A stretch of 64,000 bases of DNA from Gemmatimonadaceae bacterium (GTDB taxonomy: Bacteria > Gemmatimonadota > Gemmatimonadetes > Gemmatimonadales > Gemmatimonadaceae). Each line of letters starts with the position of its first letter. The stretch's first letter is position 1. Under the pieces are notes generated by a model. It did no database searches. It was not told the origin of the DNA and worked only from the letters and a program-made list of their open reading frames with translations. Shown here one piece after another: positions 18,837 through 29,087 of the stretch. Made by a program: the position numbers and the translations under genes. The stretch is taken from NCBI GenBank assembly GCA_051859245.1, contig JBHYGA010000005.1, positions 416,001 to 480,000 on the forward strand, given 5' to 3'.

Positions 18837-19589
18837 TCACCGTGCTGCTCCGTAGAACTTTGATCGAACCGCCCACAAATGCGGGAAGAAACGATGACTG
18901 ATTGTGCGCTGCAGGTACTTGGCACCGAGTGTGCCGCCGGTACCGCCGGTACCGGGTCCGATAATGCGTTCCACCAACTGCACGTGCAAAAACCGCCACC
19001 GCGAAAAATTCTGTTCGTACTCCAGCAATCCTTCCGCAATCAGAAACAGCGCCGTTGGTGCCGGACCCACGTACAAGTCTTCGAGCGTGGTGTTTTCGTG
19101 CGCGACCAACTGATCGAATAAATCCTGCAACGTGGGTTGCGCCAGCGCGTGTTGCACAATGGCCGGTGGCTCGCCGTGATCGCTGATGGCCGCCATGAAA
19201 TGCGGATCGCGCAAACCCGACAACGCTTCAATGGCACGAAACTGATCACTCTGTGAGCCGCTGGACTGACCGAGATAACCGCGGAACTGCGCGAAGCGCT
19301 GCGGTGGCAGTGTTTCCAGGGCGGCAAGCTGCGACGCCACAATTTCCATGAGCGCGTTTACACGCCGAATGCTCAGTGCCGCACCGATCGAATCGAACGC
19401 ACCGAGTCGCGCAATCAGTCCGTGCAACTCATGCAACAGTACCTTGAACCAAAGCTCGCTGGCCTGGTGCACAATGATGAAGAGCAGCTCATCCGGATGC
19501 TCCGGTTCGGAGCGCGGATGCTGCAGTGCCAGCAGCTGATCAAGCGCGAGATACGAACCGTAGTCTACAGTGTCACTGTCGTGGGCCAC
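18837..19589 (-). CDS. kynA: Tryptophan 2,3-dioxygenase
   Basis: YGSYLALDQLL, DELLFIIVHQASELWFK, SGSQS, VERIIG..TGGT. Confidence 0.92.
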   Translation of the reverse strand: MAHDSDTVDYGSYLALDQLLALQHPRSEPEHPDELLFIIVHQASELWFKVLLHELHGLIARLGAFDSIGAALSIRRVNALMEIVASQLAALETLPPQRFAQFRGYLGQSSGSQSDQFRAIEALSGLRDPHFMAAISDHGEPPAIVQHALAQPTLQDLFDQLVAHENTTLEDLYVGPAPTALFLIAEGLLEYEQNFSRWRFLHVQLVERIIGPGTGGTGGTLGAKYLQRTISHRFFPHLWAVRSKFYGAAR

Positions 19590-19603
19590 GCGAAAATCCG
19601 GGG

Positions 19604-20323
19604 TCAGAAGGTCGAAACGTCGAGTGACATGACATCACTCACGCGCATGGTCTCGTCGGTGACAAACGGCTCGCCGTAGCGGCATCGAATGAGCGAACCA
19701 TAGTGCGCCGCCTGATGCGTCACGATATCGTACAGCGGCTCCCCGTTGGGAAACACTTCGCCGGCCTGAATCGTGTCATCAAACTGCGAGCCATAACACT
19801 TGATGGCCTCCATCTTTCGATCGAACTGCGCGGAAATGTCCACGACAAACGTGGGCTTTTCGGCGTCTTCACGGTACGTCTGCACAAAGAGCACCTTGAA
19901 CGGCCGGTGCCTGGGTGAACCCGGCGCGTAGCGTGCCAGTCCAGACAGGAAACACGCGTCTCGCGCCAACTCCGACGCGAGTCGGTGATCGGGATGACGC
20001 CCCACGCGCGCGGGAATAATCACCGTGCGCGGCTGCAGCTGTCGCAACATCGTGACAAGCCGCTCCCGCGTTTCCCGCGTATTCTCGATGCCCGCGTCCG
20101 GCAGGCCGAGATTCTCGCGCACGCTCAGCCCCATCACATGCGCGGCGGCTTCTGCTTCCTGCGCGCGCAGCGTCGCCGAACCGCGCGTTCCCATCTCACC
20201 TTGCGTGAGATCGAGCACGCCAACGCGATAGCCATCGTCAACCGCTTTGATGAGCGTACCGCCGCAGGTGAGCTCCGCGTCGTCGCGGTGCGGGGCAATG
20301 CAAAGAAGATCGACCGTGTTCAT
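19604..20323 (-). CDS. bshB1: Bacillithiol biosynthesis deacetylase BshB1 (PIG-L family)
   Basis: HRDDAEL, LTQGEMGTRG, RHPDH. Confidence 0.8.
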   Translation of the reverse strand: MNTVDLLCIAPHRDDAELTCGGTLIKAVDDGYRVGVLDLTQGEMGTRGSATLRAQEAEAAAHVMGLSVRENLGLPDAGIENTRETRERLVTMLRQLQPRTVIIPARVGRHPDHRLASELARDACFLSGLARYAPGSPRHRPFKVLFVQTYREDAEKPTFVVDISAQFDRKMEAIKCYGSQFDDTIQAGEVFPNGEPLYDIVTHQAAHYGSLIRCRYGEPFVTDETMRVSDVMSLDVSTF

Positions 20324-20376
20324 AGCGAAGGGTAACGTGCCTTCGCGGGGCGGCGCTATGGTGGAGCGTCTCTGAA

Positions 20377-21885
20377 CTAACCCTTGTGTGCCAGATAGGC
20401 GGCCACTTTTTGCGCCGCTTCCTGACCACTGGCGATGCAGTCACCAACCGAGACGCCGTTTCGGAAGTTGCCGGTGACATACAGACCGGGATTGGCCGCT
20501 TCTGTGGCGTCGGCAGCGTCCTTCACCGCCTCGTATCCCACCGAGTACTGCGGAATCCCGCGTGGCCAGTACACATGTTTGGCGAACACCGGCTCGCCGC
20601 GCACGCCCAGCAGATCGCGCAGATCGGTACGGACCAACCGCACGAGTTCGTCCGTGCCGCGACGAGCCAGCTGCGGATCACGACCGCCGCCCATGAACAC
20701 CGTGATCGCCACGTGCCCCTCGGGCGCGCGATCGGGGAACAAGGTCGACGAGAACAGCGCGCCCAGAAGCTGCCGCTTTTCCGCGGCCGGTACCAACACA
20801 CCAAACCCATCGAGCGGATGCGCCACATCTTCGCGCCGAAAGCCGAGCGTGATGCAGGAAACGGGTGGATACTCCACCTGTTCGATGGGTTGCGAATGGC
20901 GACGAATTTCCGCTGGCAGTTCCATCGCCGTGAGTGCATGCGCGGGCGCGGCGAGCACGATCGCGTCAACCGCGCGCGCACGCACCGCGCCGTCGTGCCC
21001 CGACTCGATGACCCAGCGATCTTCTGCACGGTGCAGCAAGCGTGCCGGTGTGGACAGCTTGAGCGTGGATCCCAGCGCCGCCGCCAGTGCGTCTGGCAGC
21101 GTTTGCAGGCCATCACGGAACGAAATAAGGCGTGGCTGTACCGGCGGGAGTTCCGCCGCCTCAGACGCGCTTTCTGACGCATCGGCGGGCCCTGCGGCCG
21201 CGGCCGCACGAGCCGCGGCGCGGCGCGCGTTGAACGCATCGCGGCGCGACTGCATGAGACCGCGCGATAACGAACCGTACTCACGTTCCAGCGCGAACAC
21301 ACGCGGAAACGCGTGCGCCATGCTGAGCTCTTCCGGATCGCCGGCGAAGATGCCGGCGATAAACGGATTCACGGCGTAGGCCAGCACTTCGGGGCCCAAT
21401 CGTCGGCGTACGAACGACGCAATGCTTTCGTCGGCGTTGTCCGCGCGTTTGCTCACCAGCGGCTCAAGTAATACGCGCAGCTTGGCGCGCAGCGAGAGCA
21501 GCGGTGTGGTGAGCATCGCGATCGGTGTCATGGGGAACGGCACCAGCTTGCCGTTTCGCACGATGTATCGACGGTTGGCGACGGCGTTGGATTCCACCAC
21601 GTCGTCTTCCAGCGCGAGGCGTTCAATGAGCAGCTCAACCGGCGCACTGGTCACGAACGAGTTGGGTCCGTGTTCTGCCAGAAATCCATCGGCCAACGAC
21701 GTGCCGATGGCGCCACCCGCCTGACCACTCGCTTCGAACAGGGTGACCGTCACGCCGAGTCGCTTCAGTTCATACGCTGCGACCAGTCCGGTAATGCCCG
21801 CACCGATCACAACCACCGATCGTGGTTCCCCACGCTCGATTTCAACTGGCGGCAGTGCGCCTCGGCGGTCCACTGATGCGCCCAC
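20377..21885 (-). CDS. hemY: Protoporphyrinogen oxidase (HemY-type FAD enzyme)
   Basis: VIGAGITGL, EHGPNSF, GIFAGDP, GFGVLVP, IPQY, GVSVGDC; start uncertain. Confidence 0.9.
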   Translation of the reverse strand: MGASVDRRGALPPVEIERGEPRSVVVIGAGITGLVAAYELKRLGVTVTLFEASGQAGGAIGTSLADGFLAEHGPNSFVTSAPVELLIERLALEDDVVESNAVANRRYIVRNGKLVPFPMTPIAMLTTPLLSLRAKLRVLLEPLVSKRADNADESIASFVRRRLGPEVLAYAVNPFIAGIFAGDPEELSMAHAFPRVFALEREYGSLSRGLMQSRRDAFNARRAAARAAAAAGPADASESASEAAELPPVQPRLISFRDGLQTLPDALAAALGSTLKLSTPARLLHRAEDRWVIESGHDGAVRARAVDAIVLAAPAHALTAMELPAEIRRHSQPIEQVEYPPVSCITLGFRREDVAHPLDGFGVLVPAAEKRQLLGALFSSTLFPDRAPEGHVAITVFMGGGRDPQLARRGTDELVRLVRTDLRDLLGVRGEPVFAKHVYWPRGIPQYSVGYEAVKDAADATEAANPGLYVTGNFRNGVSVGDCIASGQEAAQKVAAYLAHKG

Positions 21886-21887
21886 TG

Positions 21888-22892
21888 TCAGGCAGGGCCG
21901 TGTCCGTCCGTCACCCACACCTGTGGGCGCAGCATATCCAGCAACTGGGCTTCGAAGGAGCCACTCTCAAAACGAGGCGAGTACTTCCACGACGCGAGTG
22001 GAGGCAGGCTCATGAGCACGCTTTCAATACGCGCGTTCGTTTGCAATCCAAAATGCGTGCCGCGATCGTGGACCAGATTGAACTCCACATAGCGTCCGCG
22101 ACGCCAGAGCTGAAAATCGCGCTCGCGCTCGCCGAACGCCTGATCGCGACGACGGTCCACCAGCGGACCGTACGCATCGCGCAGCACCCGACCAATGTCG
22201 GACACAAACGCTTGCAGCGCGTCCACGTGCAAGCCGTGATCGTCGTCGTCTGGGCGGATGTGATCGAAGAACACACCACCTGCGCCACGCGCTTCATTCT
22301 CGCGATGCACGTTCACAAAGTATTCGTCGCACCACGTTTTGAAGCGCGGATAGAACGAGGCATGATGACGATCACAGGCCGCTTTCAGCGTCTCGTGAAA
22401 GTGCACCACATCTTCGCGAAACGGATAGGTTGGTGTCAGATCGGTGCCGCCACCAAACCAGGCATCGGTGATGTTGCCATCGGAATCCATGAGTTCGAAG
22501 TAGCGCACGTTCAAGTGCACCGTGGGAATCATGGGGCTGTGCGGATGCACGACCAGGCTCACACCCGTGACAAAAAAGTCAGTGCCGCCGCTCGCCGCAC
22601 CGTGGCCACCGAGGCGACGTGCGGCCAACTCTGGCAACACGCCCATCACGGTGGAACGATTGATGCCCGCCTTTTCGAACGTGGTGCCTTCGACCAGCAC
22701 GCGACTCACACCGCCGCCGCCACCGGGCCGTTCCCACCGATCTTCAATGAACGTGCCGCCGCGATCGAGCCGACCAAACAGCGCCGTCAGCTCGTCATGC
22801 AAGCCGGCAATCCAGCGCGTGGCTTCCGCGCGCCGCGATACACGCGCCGAAGCACCCGAGGCCGTCGTGGAGGACACCGACGGAGACGTCAT
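21888..22892 (-). CDS. hemF: Oxygen-dependent coproporphyrinogen III oxidase
   Basis: FEKAG, PTVHLNVRYF, WFGGGTDLTP, RRGRYVEFNLVHDRGT. Confidence 0.95.
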   Translation of the reverse strand: MTSPSVSSTTASGASARVSRRAEATRWIAGLHDELTALFGRLDRGGTFIEDRWERPGGGGGVSRVLVEGTTFEKAGINRSTVMGVLPELAARRLGGHGAASGGTDFFVTGVSLVVHPHSPMIPTVHLNVRYFELMDSDGNITDAWFGGGTDLTPTYPFREDVVHFHETLKAACDRHHASFYPRFKTWCDEYFVNVHRENEARGAGGVFFDHIRPDDDDHGLHVDALQAFVSDIGRVLRDAYGPLVDRRRDQAFGERERDFQLWRRGRYVEFNLVHDRGTHFGLQTNARIESVLMSLPPLASWKYSPRFESGSFEAQLLDMLRPQVWVTDGHGPA

Positions 22893-23995
22893 GCCGCGCC
22901 AACCGTGTCGGTTGCGGCAGCGATCATTTCCGATTCCGACACCGTGGGCCACTCATGCTGCTGCACCGCGCGCACAAACGCTTTGGCGTGGGCGGGCGAA
23001 ATGTCAGGCAGAATGCCGTGCCCGAGATTGGCAATGTGTCCGATCGGGCCGAACTCGTCGAGCATGGCGTGCGTGCGACGTTCGATTTCCGCAATCGGTG
23101 CGTACAACGTGCACGGATCAAGATTGCCTTGCACGGCGACGGCACGATTGCCGAGTTTCTTGCGCGCCTGCGCGGGGGCAATGTGCCAATCCACACCAAT
23201 GGCGTCGGCTTGTGTCGCGTCGGCGATTTCGTCGAGCGCCCACGTGGCGCCGGGTGCAAACACAATCACCGGTGCACCAGCCGACTTGGCAATCTTGGCC
23301 GCCTTTGCGAGATACGGCAGCGCAAACTCGCGGAACTCATTCGGACCGAGTGCACCAGCCCACGAATCAAACAGCTGAATGGCCTGCGCACCCGCACTCA
23401 CCTGCGCCACGCAATATTCGCCCACCGCATTGGCGAGACGATCCAGCAGATCATGCGCGACAGCCGGTTGTTCGAACAACATCTTTTTGGCAATCGCGAA
23501 CTGTTTGGTGCCTTTGCCTTCCACCATGTAGGACGCCAGCGTCCACGGTGCGCCCGCGAATCCGATCAGCGGAACACGACCGTTCAACTCGCGCTTCACC
23601 AGCTTGAGCGCGTCGAGCACATAGCCGAGATCTGTGTACGGATCGATCGTCCGCAAATTCTTTACGGCCGCGGCGGAACGAATGGGCGTGGGAAACTGCG
23701 GCCCCACGCCTTCGTCGAGCGTGAGAAAACAGCCCATCGCTTCCGGCACCACGAGGATATCGGAAAAGATGATCGCGGCATCAACACCAATCAGGTCGAT
23801 CGGCTGCAGCGTGACTTCCGCCGCGAGTGCCGGCGTGCGGCACATGGTGAGAAAGTCGGAGCCCGATCGTACGGCGCGATATTCGGGGAGGTAGCGTCCG
23901 GCCTGTCGCATCATCCAGACGGGCGTGCGCTCAACGGGTTCGCGGCGGAGGGCACGGAGAAACAGATCGTTTACAAGCGGCACAGCGTCAGACAT
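22889..23995 (-). CDS. hemE: Uroporphyrinogen decarboxylase
   Basis: PVWMMRQAGRYLPEY, FSDIL, IGFAGAPWT, QGNLDP, NLGHG. Confidence 0.96.
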   Translation of the reverse strand: MSDAVPLVNDLFLRALRREPVERTPVWMMRQAGRYLPEYRAVRSGSDFLTMCRTPALAAEVTLQPIDLIGVDAAIIFSDILVVPEAMGCFLTLDEGVGPQFPTPIRSAAAVKNLRTIDPYTDLGYVLDALKLVKRELNGRVPLIGFAGAPWTLASYMVEGKGTKQFAIAKKMLFEQPAVAHDLLDRLANAVGEYCVAQVSAGAQAIQLFDSWAGALGPNEFREFALPYLAKAAKIAKSAGAPVIVFAPGATWALDEIADATQADAIGVDWHIAPAQARKKLGNRAVAVQGNLDPCTLYAPIAEIERRTHAMLDEFGPIGHIANLGHGILPDISPAHAKAFVRAVQQHEWPTVSESEMIAAATDTVGAA

Positions 23996-24055
23996 GGAGA
24001 CTCGTAAAGACGGGCAGCGCGGCATCAGCACGCGGCCCGCAGCAGGTGGGAAAGG

Positions 24056-25465
24056 TCAGCGTTCTGCGGATACCGTAACGTATCGCGTGTCGCGCACCGA
24101 TGCGGAAGGGACGGTGGCGGCGGCCGCAGCCCGTTCAGCGCGGGCATTAATGGTGTCCCGCTTGGACGCCCTCGGGATGGACGCCTTGGCGGGCGCACGA
24201 ACGCCTGTGGGGCGGGTCGGGGCGAACATTTCAAGCAGCATCATGGTGTGCCCGTCGAGCGGCTCACCGCGCTGTACCGCGCGACGCAGCGCGGCCATGG
24301 GGCCGGCCAGCAGCTTGGCCACAATGCGCGTGGCCGTGCGTTCGGCCACGGCCGAATCGCCCGAGGCAAACGCCACTTCCCGGCGCGCGACTTCGGTAAG
24401 CGCGTCAGCCAGCGGGCGAATGGCATCACGCGCCGGACGCGCCGCGGCCCACTCCAGAAAGTCGTCCACTTCTTCATTGCAGACGCGTTCCGCGGCGGGC
24501 ACGGCATTCCGGCGCTGCTCTTCAGCGGCCAGGATCGGCGTGTGCAGCGTATCGAGATCCACCAGTGCCACGCCCGGCAACTCGAGCACGCCCGGGTCAA
24601 TGTTGCGCGGCAGGCTGAGGTCCATGAGCAGCAGCGAATACGCCGACGTGCCGCACGCTTCACGCGTACGACGCAGCGTGTCTGCCAGCACAATCGGCGT
24701 TTCCGAGGCCGTGGCCACGATCACCACGTCGGCCATGGCGGCCTCGACGTGCAATGTGTCCATGGCCGCCGCACGACCGCCAAGAATCGCGGCCAACTCT
24801 TCGGCGCGACCAAGCGTGCGATTCATGAGCACCACATCACGCGCGCCCAGCTTGACCAGCTGACGCGCCGTGCGCTCACCCGTTTTGCCACAGCCAACAA
24901 CCAGACAGCGCGCGTTCGTGAGCGAACCAAAGCGCTGGTGCGCAATCGACGCCGCTTCCGCGCCAATCGAGTTGCGACCCGCGAGCAGTGACGTTTCCGT
25001 TTGCACGCGCTTGCCAGCCCGCAGCGCCGTTTCAAACAACCGATGCAGCAGCGGACCCGTGGCACCACTGTGTGCGGCGCGCTTGTAGGCCGCGCGCAAC
25101 TGACCGAGAATCTGTCCGTCGCCGAGCACCTGCGACTCCAGTCCCGCCGCCACACGAATCACATGGCGCGCGGCATCGGCGCCGTAACGACGCGTGGCCG
25201 TGCGCAACAACTGATCACCGTTCACACGCGTGCGCATCCAGCGGCGCGCCAGTGTTTGAATGGCCTTGTCGACTTCGTCGATATCTTCGCTCTCAACCCA
25301 CGCGTACAACTCGGTACGGTTGCAGGTCGCGATGAGCGCCGCTTCCGTAACAACCTCACTGCGGGCTGTGCGATAGAGCTGCGTAAGCCGCTCCTCGGAC
25401 AGATGAAACTGCTCCCGGGTAGCGACGTCGGCACGGCGGAAGTCGACTGCGATCGAAATGAGCAT
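24056..25465 (-). CDS. hemA: Glutamyl-tRNA reductase
   Basis: TCNRTE catalytic Cys, GLESQVLGDGQILGQ, VGCGKTG, DLSLPRNID. Confidence 0.88.
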   Translation of the reverse strand: MLISIAVDFRRADVATREQFHLSEERLTQLYRTARSEVVTEAALIATCNRTELYAWVESEDIDEVDKAIQTLARRWMRTRVNGDQLLRTATRRYGADAARHVIRVAAGLESQVLGDGQILGQLRAAYKRAAHSGATGPLLHRLFETALRAGKRVQTETSLLAGRNSIGAEAASIAHQRFGSLTNARCLVVGCGKTGERTARQLVKLGARDVVLMNRTLGRAEELAAILGGRAAAMDTLHVEAAMADVVIVATASETPIVLADTLRRTREACGTSAYSLLLMDLSLPRNIDPGVLELPGVALVDLDTLHTPILAAEEQRRNAVPAAERVCNEEVDDFLEWAAARPARDAIRPLADALTEVARREVAFASGDSAVAERTATRIVAKLLAGPMAALRRAVQRGEPLDGHTMMLLEMFAPTRPTGVRAPAKASIPRASKRDTINARAERAAAAATVPSASVRDTRYVTVSAER

Positions 25466-25497
25466 GCGATGCTATGGTGGCGGGGGGTCGGTAACGA

Positions 25498-26685
25498 TCA
25501 GGCCGGAGCCAAGCCAGTCAGATGCGCCAGATTCTTGAAAAAGATTCTGACGTGTGAAAGCGGCTTCGCTTTCACCAGACGCTTGTTCATGTAGCCGTCA
25601 AACGTGAGTTCCTGCACATCGCGATCTTCGCAGATGGCGACGAATCGTTCCCGACGATTGTCATTGCTGTACCAGAAGCGCTGCATGATGCCCAACACAC
25701 GGAACACCTGACCGTGATCACTCATGAAACGACGACGCGCGGTGCGCAGCCACAGCGGGTTGCCGGTGAGCAGCGCAACACCAACCGCCTGCGCCACATA
25801 CCGACCACTCGTCATGGCGTAATAAATTCCTTCACCGGAAGCCGGTGCGACCGTTCCAGCCGCGTCGCCACCCACAATCACATCACGGCCGTTGTCCCAA
25901 CGCTTGAGCGGCTCGAGCGGAATCGGCGCGCCCTCGCGGCGCAGCGTTTCGGCACCCGTAAGACCGGTGCTTTCGCGCAGAGCCGCCACAGCGCTCCGCA
26001 GCTTGAAGCCCTGCTGCAGTGAGCCCGTGCCGATGCTCGTGGTTTTGCCGTGCGGAAAGATCCACGCGTAAAAATCAGGCGACAGCGGGCCCTGGTAGTA
26101 CACATCGCAGCGATTCTTGCCGAACGTTTCGCTGTCGACCGTGGGCGACTCCACAATCTCGTGATACGCGAACACATGCTTCATGCGATCGGCGCCGGGA
26201 ATCGCAGCGCGCGCAACCGCTGACAGCGCGCCATCGCATCCGATCACCATCTTCGCCTTGATCTGCATGGTCTCGCCGCTGCGTGAGCGACCATCGGTGT
26301 ACGTCACCACCTGCACACCGTCGTCGTCGCGCTGCATGCTCGTAAACGAACCGGTGCGACGCTCGGCGCCCGCCGAGACCGCACGCGCGCGCAGCCATTC
26401 GTCGAACACATCACGGTCCACCATGCCGACAAATCCCTGACCCACGGGGATGTCGACCTTCTTGGACTTGGGCGAGATCATGCGCGCCGTATCAATGCGG
26501 GCGACCAACAGCTCTTCCGGCACATCAAAGTCTTTCAACAACTGCGGCGGCACCGCACCACCGCACGGCTTGATGCGACCCGCCTTGTCGAGCAACAGCA
26601 CTTTGCGTCCCGTTTGCGCCAACTCATGCGCCGCTGTTGCGCCAGCTGGCCCGCCACCCACCACCACCACGTCAAACAGTTCCAT
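25498..26685 (-). CDS. bchP: Geranylgeranyl reductase
   Basis: VVGGGPAG, KPCGG, GDAAG..APASGEGIY. Confidence 0.95.
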   Translation of the reverse strand: MELFDVVVVGGGPAGATAAHELAQTGRKVLLLDKAGRIKPCGGAVPPQLLKDFDVPEELLVARIDTARMISPKSKKVDIPVGQGFVGMVDRDVFDEWLRARAVSAGAERRTGSFTSMQRDDDGVQVVTYTDGRSRSGETMQIKAKMVIGCDGALSAVARAAIPGADRMKHVFAYHEIVESPTVDSETFGKNRCDVYYQGPLSPDFYAWIFPHGKTTSIGTGSLQQGFKLRSAVAALRESTGLTGAETLRREGAPIPLEPLKRWDNGRDVIVGGDAAGTVAPASGEGIYYAMTSGRYVAQAVGVALLTGNPLWLRTARRRFMSDHGQVFRVLGIMQRFWYSNDNRRERFVAICEDRDVQELTFDGYMNKRLVKAKPLSHVRIFFKNLAHLTGLAPA

Positions 26686-26758
26686 CAGCTTGCACTCCCG
26701 TCGGTCTTGCGATCCGTCGCCACGGTAGGCGTTCCATCTGATTTGCGTACGACCTGCA

Positions 26759-28081
26759 TTAGTTGTTCACCACAGCCGACAACATCTCACCACGGGTGCG
26801 CACCACATCACCGGCGCGATCGGCCGATGCACTGTGATACGCCAGCACCGCCGATACGGCGAACAGTGCGCCCTCTACGGCGAACACGGCGGCGTAACCA
26901 CGCAGCGGTGAACCCAGCACCGCTTGCGCGACATCCACACCCAGTCCGCCGAGCGACACACCAAGTCCATACGCCACCGCCTGCGCGGCGCCAAACACAC
27001 CAAGTCGCAATCCAGCGCGACCATCTTTTGCATCGCCAGTGAGCGCCATCATGGAACCGATCGCGCCAATCGCAAAGACGCCGTTTGACAGGCCGAGCAG
27101 AAACACGATCACGCGAAACGCTTCCACGCTCGCGAGTGCCGGGCTCACCACGAGTGCCACGAACATTGCGGCCGATGCGGCACAGCCTGCGGCCGCCCAC
27201 ACGCGCAACGAGCCAACACGCGAGCCAATGATCGCGGTGAGGATCATGCCCATGAGCACGCCACCGTGCTGCATGCCCGCGAGTTTGGTGGTCTCACCAG
27301 CGGTCAGTCCAAACGCGATGCCACCGAAGGGCTCAAGAATGAGATCCTGCGCGCTGTACGCGAGCATCGCCACAAACACAAAGATCGAGAAAGTGCGCGC
27401 GACGGGCTCATTCCACACCGACCTGGCCGCATCAAGGAACGCCGTGCCGCGATCGGCGCCAGCAATCGGCTCGGGTGCAATGCGCGGACCAAGCGCGCCT
27501 TCAAGCTTGAACAGCGTGAGCGATGTAATCACAATCGCCGCCGCGCCAACCGCGGCGGTGATCACGAGCAAACGCTGAAAGCCAAACGGATCAAGCAACG
27601 AGCCGGTGGTCGCCGTGGTCACAATGAATCCGACGATCATCAGAATCCAGGTGATCGCGGCGGCGCCCGCACGCTGCGAAGGACGCGCGTGCTCAGAAAT
27701 CATGGCGAGCAGCGGCGTGCCGGCCGCGCTGACACCAGCACCCAGCACGACAAACGCCAGCGCGGCGCACGCAATACCAAGCACCGGGGACGTGCTCATG
27801 AGTGCCACCGACAACGCCACACCAAGTCCACCGGCGGCGAGCGTGGCCATGCCACCAATAATCCACGGGGTGCGAGCGCCAGCCGCATCAGATCCATGAC
27901 CAAGACGCGGACGCAGATACAACTGCACCGCGAAGTGCAACGCGACCAGCAATCCAGGCACGGTGGCCGGCAGTGCAAGCTCGACCACCATCACGCGATT
28001 CATCGTGGCCGTCATAAGCACGACCACTGCGCCAATGCACGCTTGCACCAGACCGAGTCGCACAATCTGCAGCCAGCTCAT
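26759..28081 (-). CDS. pucC: PucC/Bch2 family (BCD) MFS transporter
   Basis: WLQIVRLGLVQ, NRVMVVEL, RTPWIIGG, QDLILEPFGG; between bchG and bchP. Confidence 0.88.
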   Translation of the reverse strand: MSWLQIVRLGLVQACIGAVVVLMTATMNRVMVVELALPATVPGLLVALHFAVQLYLRPRLGHGSDAAGARTPWIIGGMATLAAGGLGVALSVALMSTSPVLGIACAALAFVVLGAGVSAAGTPLLAMISEHARPSQRAGAAAITWILMIVGFIVTTATTGSLLDPFGFQRLLVITAAVGAAAIVITSLTLFKLEGALGPRIAPEPIAGADRGTAFLDAARSVWNEPVARTFSIFVFVAMLAYSAQDLILEPFGGIAFGLTAGETTKLAGMQHGGVLMGMILTAIIGSRVGSLRVWAAAGCAASAAMFVALVVSPALASVEAFRVIVFLLGLSNGVFAIGAIGSMMALTGDAKDGRAGLRLGVFGAAQAVAYGLGVSLGGLGVDVAQAVLGSPLRGYAAVFAVEGALFAVSAVLAYHSASADRAGDVVRTRGEMLSAVVNN

Positions 28082-28995
28082 GGTGCGCCTCCAATCACGG
28101 CGCGCATGGCAAACGCGCTGATCATCATGCCGCTCACATAGAAGGGCACACCAAACGCACTGAGATACAACGCGCGCTTGATCGGCTCCTGCAGGAACCA
28201 GCGCATGATGCCCATCTGCACAACGGTAAGCACGGCCACTGCGATCGCATGATACGGACGATCCCACGATGCGAGCAGTGAAATCACCACGGTCTGCGGC
28301 ACAATCATGACCACCGATGCAACCCACGCCGCTTTGTTTGCACCGAGACGCACCGGCAACGAACCCACACCCATGCGACGATCACCTTCAATCGCCTTGA
28401 AATCATTCAGCGTGAGAATGCCGTGCGCTCCAATCGAATAGAGCGCCGCGATCGCGATGATCTGCCACGGCAATGACGCCTGTCCAAACATCAACGCGGC
28501 GCCGGTAATCCACGCCAGTCCTTCGTAGGTAAAACCAACGGCTGCGTTACCAATCCAGCCGTTGAGTTTGAATCGGAATGGTGGGGCGCTGTAGCCCCAC
28601 GAAAACACCAGCGCGAGTGCTACGGCCGTCATGCCCAGTGTGCCAAGCGGAATCGCGGCGAGGAACGACAACACCGTCCACACAATCGCGATCGCGAGTC
28701 CCCACTGTCCAGGAATGCGTCCTGACGGAATGGGGCGGTTGGGTTCGTTGATCGCATCGACATCGCGATCAAACCAGTCATTCACAGCCTGACTGGATGC
28801 GCAGACAAGTGGGCCGGTGATACAGATGCCGAGCGCCAGCAGCGGCCAGCGGCCGGTCATTGGCAGACCGGTGCTGACAACGCCGCACGAGAACGCCCAC
28901 ATGGGAGGAAACCATGTGACCGGCTTGAGCAGCGTGAGCACAGCTCGGGGATCAGGCCGCGTGGCGACCTGCTGTATGGAATTGCTTACACCCAT
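28078..28995 (-). CDS. bchG: Bacteriochlorophyll synthase
   Basis: LLKPVTWFPP, NDWFDRDVDAINEPNRPIPSG, NDFKAIEGD. Confidence 0.96.
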   Translation of the reverse strand: MGVSNSIQQVATRPDPRAVLTLLKPVTWFPPMWAFSCGVVSTGLPMTGRWPLLALGICITGPLVCASSQAVNDWFDRDVDAINEPNRPIPSGRIPGQWGLAIAIVWTVLSFLAAIPLGTLGMTAVALALVFSWGYSAPPFRFKLNGWIGNAAVGFTYEGLAWITGAALMFGQASLPWQIIAIAALYSIGAHGILTLNDFKAIEGDRRMGVGSLPVRLGANKAAWVASVVMIVPQTVVISLLASWDRPYHAIAVAVLTVVQMGIMRWFLQEPIKRALYLSAFGVPFYVSGMMISAFAMRAVIGGAP

Positions 28996-29016
28996 GGGTG
29001 TCTAGTTTAATTGACA
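28973..29016. promoter_or_regulatory. Tandem PpsR operators (TGT-N12-ACA x2, 8-bp spacer)
   Basis: TGTATGGAATTGCTTACA 28973-28990; TGTCTAGTTTAATTGACA 28999-29016. Confidence 0.85.
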
Positions 29017-29087
29017 GTCCCGTTTTGCGCGAGTGTTTTTTTTCGATTTTTCGTGATTTTTGGGCAAACGGGGTGAGGCGGCGCGAG

